This document shows positions 56,728 through 64,000 of a stretch of DNA of 64,000 nucleotides, in pieces. Origin of the DNA: Candidatus Forterrea multitransposorum CG_2015-17_Forterrea_25_41 (GTDB lineage: Archaea; Iainarchaeota; Iainarchaeia; Iainarchaeales; CSSED10-239); the NCBI GenBank assembly GCA_009392915.1, contig CP045477.1, forward strand, positions 256,001-320,000, written 5' to 3'. The notes under the pieces were generated by a model. The model saw only the letters and a list, made by a program, of their open reading frames with translations. It was not told where the DNA came from and did no database searches. Within the stretch, counting starts at the first letter, position 1. Each line of letters opens with the position of its first letter. A program made the position numbers and the translations under genes.

Positions 56728-57524
56728 GCTCACAGTTAAATAAATATTTGTCTATTTCTTTTATTAATATAAAAGAAAGTTTGACATATATCTGGGACAT
56801 AATATTTGGAAAAGTTATATTTATAGCTTTAATTATTTTTGTTTTTGCAAACCTTTGGACAGTTGTTTTTGCATCAAAAGGAGAAGTTATACCTGGTTTT
56901 ACTCTTGCAATGATGGTCTGGTATTTAGTTTTTGGTGAAGCCATAATTACTTCTATTGGAAGATTTGTAAAAGAGGTTGGAGATGATATTAAGAGCGGAG
57001 AGATTGCAAATTATTTAACAAAGCCATACAACTATATAGTTTACAAAATGTTTGTCTCTTTTGGAAAAGGTTTAATTAATTTTACTTTAATACTTATCTT
57101 TGGTGGACTTGTTGCTTATCTTATGGTTGGTGGTGTTGAAATATCTTTAATCTCAATACCTTTTCTATTAATTGTAGCTTTACTTGCAATGCTGCTTAAT
57201 TTAGTAATTGCATCTGTTATAAGTCTTTTTGCTTTCTGGATAGAGGATGCAAGTTCTCTAAATTATATTTATTCAAAGTTTACTTTTATTTTTGGTGGAA
57301 TGATTGTTCCTTTAGAGGTATATCCTCCTTTAGTTGAAAAAATAGCATCATTCTTACCTTTTAGTTATTCTGCATACCATCCTTCAAAATTAGCTTTAAT
57401 TTTTAGTTTTGAATCTTTTTTTAAAGTTTTTCTTGTTCAAATAGCATGGATAAGTTTTTTTATAATAATTTTAATTTTCTTTTATAAATATATAATTAAA
57501 AAAGTGAGTGTTAATGGCGGTTAG
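56724..57524 (+). CDS. ABC-2 family transporter permease.
   Basis: 6-TM hydrophobic protein translationally coupled (ATGA overlap) to the ABC ATPase. Confidence 0.7.
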   Translation: MSSQLNKYLSISFINIKESLTYIWDIIFGKVIFIALIIFVFANLWTVVFASKGEVIPGFTLAMMVWYLVFGEAIITSIGRFVKEVGDDIKSGEIANYLTKPYNYIVYKMFVSFGKGLINFTLILIFGGLVAYLMVGGVEISLISIPFLLIVALLAMLLNLVIASVISLFAFWIEDASSLNYIYSKFTFIFGGMIVPLEVYPPLVEKIASFLPFSYSAYHPSKLALIFSFESFFKVFLVQIAWISFFIIILIFFYKYIIKKVSVNGG

Positions 57525-58308
57525 AGAAATTATTTCAAATTTTAAATTATTTATAGAGTATCAAAAGATTTTCTTAAAGTCAGCCATAGAATACAGGGCT
57601 AATTTTTTACTGTCCACTTTTTTCATGTTTTTAAATGATGTTATTTGGTTATTTTTTTGGTATCTTTTATATTATAAATTAGGAGATATTAATGGATGGG
57701 TCTTTCAAGATTTAATATACATTTATGTTTTTGCAACAATTTCTTTTGGTATTGCAGGTTATTTCTTTGGAAATCATAAAGAAATTGCAGAGCTTGTTGT
57801 TAAAGGAAAATTAGATTTTTATTTAACACTTCCAAAGAAAGATTTAACACATATACTAATATCTAAGAATAGTTGGTTTGATTTAGGAGATCTTTTATTT
57901 GGAATTTTATTACTTATATTTATGGTTTCAGTTACAAAGGTTCCTTTAATATTATTAATGATAATTCCTGGTGTATTAATATTAATTGGTTTTGGTATAC
58001 TTGTAGGTAGTTTATCTTTTTATCTTCAGTCATCAGAGAGCTTTGGTTCAACTCTTTATGAATCACTTATATCTATATCTCTTTACCCTGGTTCAATCTT
58101 TACAGGAGCTACAAAGTTTATAACATTATTTATTCTTCCAGCAGGTTTTATAACAGCTGTTCCTGTTCAGTTACTACATTCTTTTGATTTAACTTGGTTT
58201 ATTTTACTTTTCTTATTCTCAATAGCTTTATTTTTACTTGCTATCTATGTTTTTTATAAGGGATTAAAGAGATATGAGAGTGGAAATCTTCTTTATGTAA
58301 GAATGTAA
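57508..58308 (+). CDS. ABC-2 family transporter permease (second subunit), with a GTG start.
   Basis: 6-TM hydrophobic protein overlapping the previous permease gene by 17 nt. Confidence 0.65.
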   Translation: MLMAVREIISNFKLFIEYQKIFLKSAIEYRANFLLSTFFMFLNDVIWLFFWYLLYYKLGDINGWVFQDLIYIYVFATISFGIAGYFFGNHKEIAELVVKGKLDFYLTLPKKDLTHILISKNSWFDLGDLLFGILLLIFMVSVTKVPLILLMIIPGVLILIGFGILVGSLSFYLQSSESFGSTLYESLISISLYPGSIFTGATKFITLFILPAGFITAVPVQLLHSFDLTWFILLFLFSIALFLLAIYVFYKGLKRYESGNLLYVRM

Positions 58309-58410
58309 TTTAACTTTTTTAATAATTTTTTAACCTGTGAGATATATCTAACATATTTAAAAACATTTTGGTGTTATATATATCTAACAAGTACAATTGG
58401 AGGAAAAATT

Positions 58411-58809
58411 ATGATAAATAAAAATTATTCAAAAAAATTTAAAATTTCTTTAATATTTGGTGTTATTATTTTATTATTAGGTATTCTTTTAACTGCTTTA
58501 AATGTATTAACTGAAAGTTTTTCAAGTGTTTTAATATCTGTAGGTTTAGTTTTAATAATAGTTAGTTATGTTAGAATGATTAAATATAAAGATGGTCCTG
58601 CAAAAGATGAACTTACAAGGAAAATTGCAGATAGGGCGGCAGCATATAGTTGGTTTTATACTTTAATTGTTCTTTTTATTATTTTTTGGATAGATTATTT
58701 TAAATTAATAGTTTTAACAGTAGAGGGTGTTATTAGTATATTATATATTGTAATGATCTTTACAATGATATTCTATCAACAATGGTTCTGGAAAAAAGGT
58801 GATGTATAG
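58411..58809 (+). CDS. Small membrane protein (132 aa, 3-4 TM).
   Basis: Hydrophobic helices IFGVIILLLGILLTALNVL, LISVGLVLIIVSYV, WFYTLIVLFIIFWIDYF, VISILYIVMIFTMIFY. Confidence 0.45.
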   Translation: MINKNYSKKFKISLIFGVIILLLGILLTALNVLTESFSSVLISVGLVLIIVSYVRMIKYKDGPAKDELTRKIADRAAAYSWFYTLIVLFIIFWIDYFKLIVLTVEGVISILYIVMIFTMIFYQQWFWKKGDV

Positions 58810-59019
58810 TTGAAAACAATAATTAAAGCACTAAGACAAAAATATAATTTAACACAAGAAGACCTTGCTTTAAAGGTAGGGGTTAGAAGAGAAACAATTG
58901 TCTTTATTGAGAAAGGATCTTACAATCCTTCTTTAAAACTTGCAAAAAAGATCTCCTTAGTTTTAAAAGAAAAAATAGATAATATCTTTATATTTAGTAA
59001 AGGAGATTTAGATTTTTAA
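58810..59019 (+). CDS. XRE-family (Cro/C1-type) helix-turn-helix transcriptional regulator, 69 aa, with a TTG start.
   Basis: [45 protein letters not shown] matches the HTH_3 signature. Starts immediately after the stop of the upstream membrane-protein gene. Confidence 0.75.
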   Translation: MKTIIKALRQKYNLTQEDLALKVGVRRETIVFIEKGSYNPSLKLAKKISLVLKEKIDNIFIFSKGDLDF

Positions 59020-60033
59020 TATCTTTCTAAAACTTTCTATTTTTTTATCAATATATCCTTTATCATAAAGATATTTATAATTTTTTAAAATATCTTTAAT
59101 TATTTTCTTTCTATCATATAAATTATATTTAGTTTCTTCAAAGATTAAATGTAAATAATATTCAGAACTTGTAACAAGCCAAAAATATACTTGTAAATCT
59201 TTAAAAAAGAAATATTTTTTAGAAACATTTTTTATTTTTTTAAAATTTTTTATATATTCTTTAAGAAATAATTTTTCAAATGTTTTAAATTTATTAGAGT
59301 GAGATAATTTTGCAATATCAAGTATAGGATTACCTACTTTCAAATATTCCCAATCAATAAAATTTATTTTTTTATTATTTTCAATAATATTTTTTGAATT
59401 TAAATCTCCATGTGTTAAATAATTATCTTTATTTATATCATTTGGTTTATTTACTTCAATATTTTTTCTTATTCTTTTATACATTTTTGAAACATCTAAA
59501 CATCTATGACTAATATACGTCTCTTTAATTTTAAATTCTGATATAAGTTTATTATAATTTTGTTTATCAATATTTATTTTTTCTAAAAATGATAATTTTG
59601 TATTATTTGATTTTGCTAATTTTTTAGCAATAATTGAAATATTTTTTTTATTTAAAACTATATTTTTTCCTTTAACGTATGTAATTATTATATATGAATA
59701 AGAACAAAATCTACCTTTTTTTGAAAAATAGATTTTTTTTGTATCTGATAAATTATATTTTTCAACAATTTTTAGTTTATTATACTCTTTTTTTGATTTT
59801 TTATAAGAATCATTATTTAATCCTTTGATATTTATTCTAAAAATATATTCTTTTTTATTTATTTTAAAATAAATGTTTATATTTTTTCTATTAATTTTAA
59901 GAAATTTAATATTTTTCACTTGTATTTTTTCATTAATACCAAATATATCTGAAGATAAATTTTCAATTTCTTTTTTAACATCGACAAGCTTTATTTCCAT
60001 AATTATTTTATAATTAATTAAGTTTTTAAACAT
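59008..60033 (-). CDS. Protein-kinase-like phosphotransferase (APH/choline-kinase/CotS family).
   Basis: Catalytic loop [10 protein letters not shown] and IDWEY...GNPILDIA motifs. Confidence 0.65.
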   Translation of the reverse strand: MFKNLINYKIIMEIKLVDVKKEIENLSSDIFGINEKIQVKNIKFLKINRKNINIYFKINKKEYIFRINIKGLNNDSYKKSKKEYNKLKIVEKYNLSDTKKIYFSKKGRFCSYSYIIITYVKGKNIVLNKKNISIIAKKLAKSNNTKLSFLEKINIDKQNYNKLISEFKIKETYISHRCLDVSKMYKRIRKNIEVNKPNDINKDNYLTHGDLNSKNIIENNKKINFIDWEYLKVGNPILDIAKLSHSNKFKTFEKLFLKEYIKNFKKIKNVSKKYFFFKDLQVYFWLVTSSEYYLHLIFEETKYNLYDRKKIIKDILKNYKYLYDKGYIDKKIESFRKILKI

Positions 60034-60123
60034 AATTATTTAATATTTATATTAAATAATTTATTTAAAATAAGAAAAGAGTTTATATAAGTATCTATCT
60101 TATATATTAATTATTAAAATACA

Positions 60124-61521
60124 ATGAAGGTCTTTTTAATGAATGAAATTGAATTTGATTATGAAAATAAAGAATTTAATGAAATAATTTATAAAATAAT
60201 GTTACATACTATAGAAATATCTGATTTTGATAATTATTTTACTAAAGGTCTTACAAATGAAGATAAAGAAAAAGTATTGACTGAAATAAAAAATTTAGAT
60301 TTTAGTATTATAGCAATTAATGAAGTTATTGTAGAAACTAAAAACTTTTTTAAAAAATATTTAGAATCAGATTTTACAGAATATTTAATTGATTATTTGA
60401 TAGGTTATAAAGAATTAGCACCGATCATGAAAAGTGATGATTATGAAGAAATAATGGTTAATGATTATAATAAAGTATTTGTAATTTCAAGAAAAAATAT
60501 ATATTATAAAACAAATATCGTTTTTGATAGAAGAAGTTTTAATGTTTTTTTAGAATATATTAAAAAAACAATTAATGGTGACTTTAATAAAAGAAAATTT
60601 ATTGATGGTGTACTACCTGATAACTCAAGAATAAATATTGTTTCTAAAGAGATTGCAAGATTTAATGTTATAACTATTAGAAAATTTTTAAGTAAACCAT
60701 TAACAATAGTTGATTTAATTAATAATAATACTTTTAATTATGAAGTTGCAGCTTATTTATGGACTGTAATTGAAGGATTTAATTTAAAACCAGCAAATCT
60801 TTTTATTTGTGGTGGAACAAGTACAGGTAAGACAACTCTTTTAAATATTTTACTTAACTTTGTACATCCAAAAGAAAGAGTTATTTGTGTTGAAGATACT
60901 AAAGAAATAAATACAACTATCTTTGATAATTCTGTAAGTCTTATTAGTGATATTTCTGATCCAGATAGTCTTTATAATATTACTTTAAACATATTAAGAA
61001 TGAGACCAGATAGAATAGTTATTGGTGAAACTAGAGGTAAAGAAGCTAAAGCTTTATTTATGGCAATGGATACAGGGCACCAAGGTTGTATATCTACAAT
61101 TCATGCAAATAATAGTGGAGATTTAATTAATAAATTATTATCTGAACCAATGAATATAGAAGAAAGTTACATTAAATTATTAGACATAATAATTACTTTT
61201 GATAAAAAATATATTGGTAATAAAATGTATAGATATGTTTCTCAAATTTCAGAAATTAGTAGACTTGGAAATATTACATTAAATCACATTTATTCCAATG
61301 ATAATATGGAATTTAGTTCTTCAGTTAATTTTATGAGTTCTCAATTTTTAGAAAAATTATGTAATTATATAAGTATTTCAAAAATAGAACTTCAAATTGT
61401 AATTGATAATAGAATTAAAATACTTAAAAGTATGGTTGATAGAAATATTAAAGATTCTGAAGAAATTAGAAATTTACTTATTGATCCAAGATTTGGTTAT
61501 AAAGAATTATTAAATAAATAA
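60124..61521 (+). CDS. Type II/IV secretion-system family ATPase (VirB11/FlaI/TadA-like).
   Basis: Walker A LFICGGTSTGKTTLLN. Asp box and Walker B region DRIVIGETRGKEA. His box GHQGCISTIHANN. Confidence 0.8.
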   Translation: MKVFLMNEIEFDYENKEFNEIIYKIMLHTIEISDFDNYFTKGLTNEDKEKVLTEIKNLDFSIIAINEVIVETKNFFKKYLESDFTEYLIDYLIGYKELAPIMKSDDYEEIMVNDYNKVFVISRKNIYYKTNIVFDRRSFNVFLEYIKKTINGDFNKRKFIDGVLPDNSRINIVSKEIARFNVITIRKFLSKPLTIVDLINNNTFNYEVAAYLWTVIEGFNLKPANLFICGGTSTGKTTLLNILLNFVHPKERVICVEDTKEINTTIFDNSVSLISDISDPDSLYNITLNILRMRPDRIVIGETRGKEAKALFMAMDTGHQGCISTIHANNSGDLINKLLSEPMNIEESYIKLLDIIITFDKKYIGNKMYRYVSQISEISRLGNITLNHIYSNDNMEFSSSVNFMSSQFLEKLCNYISISKIELQIVIDNRIKILKSMVDRNIKDSEEIRNLLIDPRFGYKELLNK

Positions 61522-61559
61522 AAAAGAAAGGTTTATAAATAAATTGAATAACAATATAA

Positions 61560-61850
61560 ATGATTATTATGGATATTACAATGATTTATGCTTTATTTAT
61601 AATAGCTTATGCAGTTTTAATATTTTTAGGTTCTACATATCTTGAAGAATCTAATTTATTAAGAAATAAAGGTAAAAGAAAGAAAGTTGATCAAGCAAAG
61701 AAATGGTTTAGTTTTTTTATATTTAGTTTCTTATATGCTGTATTAATATATGCAAGTTTTTATGTGCATTATTTAATAGTAATTTCTCTTCTTTTATATG
61801 CTACCTTATTATTTTTCATAGCGTATTCTATTAGAAGACACTTAAAATAA
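61560..61850 (+). CDS. Small membrane protein (96 aa, 3 TM) downstream of the secretion ATPase.
   Basis: Helices IYALFIIAYAVLIFLGSTYL, FSFFIFSFLYAVLIYASFYV, LIVISLLLYATLLFFIAYSI. Confidence 0.45.
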   Translation: MIIMDITMIYALFIIAYAVLIFLGSTYLEESNLLRNKGKRKKVDQAKKWFSFFIFSFLYAVLIYASFYVHYLIVISLLLYATLLFFIAYSIRRHLK

Positions 61851-61870
61851 ATGTTTTATTTTTAGGACAT

Positions 61871-62455
61871 TTATTTTATAATTTTTCTTTTTTTTGTATA
61901 ACTATATTTATTATTTTTTTTAATTATTTCAAATAAGTATATAAAATTATTATTAAAACTAGAAATATCTTTATTATATTCTTTATTAGTAATGTATGAT
62001 ATTATTGCTCTTCCTATACCATTGTGACAAGTAATTAATATTGTTTTTTCTTTATAATTTTTATATAAATAGTCTATAAAATTTTTAGCTCTTTTTAAAA
62101 ATTTTTTATTTTTTTCTCCTTCTTTATTTTCATATATAACAAAATAATAACTTTTTAGTGACCAATTAAATTCTTTTTTAGTTTTTCCTGTAAGTTCTCC
62201 TAAATCTTTTTCTCTTAATTTTTCTGTGTAAATTAAAGGTTTAGATTTATGATATTTGTATATTTCTTTAATAGTGTCTTTGGCTCTTTTAAGATCACTT
62301 GAAAAGAAAAAGTCTATTTTTTCATTTTTTAAAGTAATTGCTATTTTTTTTGCTTGTTCTATACCTTTTTTTGTAAGTTTACCTGGTAGATGTCCTTGCA
62401 TTATACCTTTTGTGTTTTCTATTGTTTCTCCATGTCTTGTTATTATTAGTTTCAT
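61871..62455 (-). CDS. Histidine phosphatase superfamily protein (phosphoglycerate-mutase-like branch).
   Basis: N-terminal catalytic motif LIITRHGETIEN. Downstream TCHNGIGRAII with the second catalytic His. Confidence 0.7.
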   Translation of the reverse strand: MKLIITRHGETIENTKGIMQGHLPGKLTKKGIEQAKKIAITLKNEKIDFFFSSDLKRAKDTIKEIYKYHKSKPLIYTEKLREKDLGELTGKTKKEFNWSLKSYYFVIYENKEGEKNKKFLKRAKNFIDYLYKNYKEKTILITCHNGIGRAIISYITNKEYNKDISSFNNNFIYLFEIIKKNNKYSYTKKRKIIK

Positions 62456-62564
62456 ATATTTTTCACATTTTTAAATATTTATAATGTAGACTATATTAAA
62501 AATAGTCTTTTTAATTAGTATAATTTTTTTGTAGTAATTTCTTTTTCTTAAGTATACTATAATT

Positions 62565-63479
62565 TTATTTTATATTTTTAAAATAGATATACTCATTTTC
62601 TATATTTAGATCAAATACTTTTATGAAAAAATTTTTTGCATTAAATTCATTTTTATCATCAAAATTATCTTTATTACCTATAGTATTAAACATTTTTTGA
62701 AAAGCTTCTTTATATGAAATATTTTCTTTTTCAGAAATTTTTTTTAATAAATAATCCATAAATTTACCTGCTGATTGATAATATCTATTTTTAGTTATAT
62801 TACGCTTGTCATAGTCAAAAACATTAATTCTTTCTAAAAATAATTCTTTTGCTGTAATTAATTCTTCATTGAAATCTTTTGAGATTTGATTTGCACATAT
62901 TACTGTTAATCCTTCATTAAATAATAATGGTAATGAATTTAATTTCCCATTTTTTTTTAAATTATATTTGTGAAAAAATATGTGTAACAATTCATGAGCA
63001 TCTCCTAGTATTGATTCTTTAGAATGTACATTTCTTTTTGCATTATCTAAAAGAAATGTTTGAAGATAAATTAAAGTTGTACTAGATACTCTTCCTTTTG
63101 CATTTGATGGTAAATTCATTTTTGTAGTGCGTCCAATTGAACAAAATTCATCAAAGTCTTTAGCCAAAAATATATTAATTGAATAGCATTCTGAATAGAA
63201 TATTTTTTCTGGAGAATAAAAAAATGAAATTAGATGGTCTTTTGCTTTTAAAAATCTTTCTTTAACATATATAAATACATTAGCCTTTTTATAAGTTCCT
63301 TTTAAAATCTCATCTAAATTTTTTTGGAATTCATTAATTAAAGAAGTATAATAAAAATTAAAAGGAATTTCTCCATCTATATTTACTTTGAAAATAGATT
63401 TTTCTTTTGAAATTACAAAATTTTTACATAAATTTTCTTTTTCTTTATCTTTAACTTCATAAAATTTTATTTTAAGCAT
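62565..63479 (-). CDS. Hypothetical protein with an HExxH motif (putative zinc metallopeptidase-like).
   Basis: ILGDAHELLHIFFHKY (HELLH) and a downstream NEG segment. No other family signature recognised. Confidence 0.35.
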   Translation of the reverse strand: MLKIKFYEVKDKEKENLCKNFVISKEKSIFKVNIDGEIPFNFYYTSLINEFQKNLDEILKGTYKKANVFIYVKERFLKAKDHLISFFYSPEKIFYSECYSINIFLAKDFDEFCSIGRTTKMNLPSNAKGRVSSTTLIYLQTFLLDNAKRNVHSKESILGDAHELLHIFFHKYNLKKNGKLNSLPLLFNEGLTVICANQISKDFNEELITAKELFLERINVFDYDKRNITKNRYYQSAGKFMDYLLKKISEKENISYKEAFQKMFNTIGNKDNFDDKNEFNAKNFFIKVFDLNIENEYIYFKNIK

Positions 63480-64000
63480 GGTATTCTATTTTAGTATTTT
63501 TTAATTATTTTTAATTATAAATATAATCACATATAATATATTTAAAGCTTTTGATTTAATTTTTATTGATATATTTTTCTCGGCCAGGTAGCCTCTCCTT
63601 GAAAACAGATATATTTTTGTCTTTACACTATATTATTATAATTTATAAAAGGAGGTAATAGATGGTTGTGATAAAATGAACTTTAAACTACATAATATTT
63701 TAGATTATTTGTTTCGGCAAATTTAATATAGATAAAAAGTAAGTAAGTTATGTATAGTTTATAAGATATTAAAAATTAAAAAATTGTTATGTCTTTGGGA
63801 AGTAAATTATTTTATAAAAAATTATTTTTGTGAGAGATGATGATAAGAAATACTTTTTTACAATTATTATTTTTTATAATCTAATTTACTATACATAACA
63901 ATATAATTTTAAAAAATATTTTTTTCTAGAAAGTGTCAAAAAATTAAATTTTCAGCTTCATTCTTCGGTCGGCATAATATCTCTTATGCCGAAAAATAGC

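Noticed and set aside
63650-63680. AAAGGAGGTAATAGATG start context near the window end
   Set aside because: It is followed by only a 5-codon ORF (MVVIK-stop), so it is not a gene. It is possibly a relic or a leader peptide, with insufficient evidence either way.

Overview
This window is a strongly AT-rich archaeal segment. The information-processing genes are unmistakably archaeal: split RNA polymerase B''/B' subunits, A'/A'' subunits with the NADFDGD motif, RpoH, L30e, S12, S7, aEF-2 with a diphthamide-type His, archaeal-type AlaRS and ProRS, and an ATP-dependent DNA ligase. Several features suggest a small-genome DPANN-like archaeon: very compact gene spacing, Shine-Dalgarno-like GGAGG/AAGGGGG motifs ahead of many starts, a bacterial-type HU protein, and giant surface proteins. 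This lineage call is inference from content, not a database result.

The window falls into three parts.

(1) Positions 1-20306 form a tightly packed, same-strand locus. It encodes three paralogous giant surface proteins: one partial (more than 940 aa, running off the 5' edge), one of 2466 aa and one of 2147 aa. They are built from repeated beta-sandwich domains and share a Cys-containing C-terminal module. The locus also holds a small secreted protein, a Cys- and Gly-rich GNLNI-repeat secreted protein, and two small overlapping polytopic membrane proteins. This is the most likely novel system in the window, a candidate cell-surface or host-attachment apparatus.

(2) Positions 20.3-48 kb carry core genes:
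- tRNA-Arg(GCG), HU, and a frameshifted tandem AbrB/SpoVT-like gene
- tRNA-His(GTG, encoded G-1) immediately upstream of hisS, then an EgtD-like methyltransferase, alaS and a secreted dual-HKD PLD-family protein
- tRNA-Pro(TGG) near proS, an ATP-dependent DNA ligase, a flavodoxin-like oxidoreductase and a KaiC/RadB-like ATPase
- the rpoH-rpoB2-rpoB1-rpoA1-rpoA2-rpl30e-(86-aa unknown at the nusA slot)-rps12-rps7 operon, then two inserted genes and aEF-2

(3) Positions 48-64 kb carry a mixed accessory set:
- a Lys/Ala tandem-repeat histone-H1-like protein, a Dxr-fold homolog with a degenerate active site, and an archaeal DTD2-type D-aminoacyl-tRNA deacylase
- two adjacent half-size RND-superfamily (MMPL/SecDF-like) genes and a CARDB-like surface protein
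- a minimal 2TM TVGYGD potassium channel
- an ABC-2 transporter (one ATPase, two permeases), an XRE HTH regulator, an APH/ChoK-like kinase, a VirB11/FlaI-like secretion ATPase, a histidine phosphatase and an HExxH protein

No CRISPR array, rRNA, transposase or integrase was recognised.
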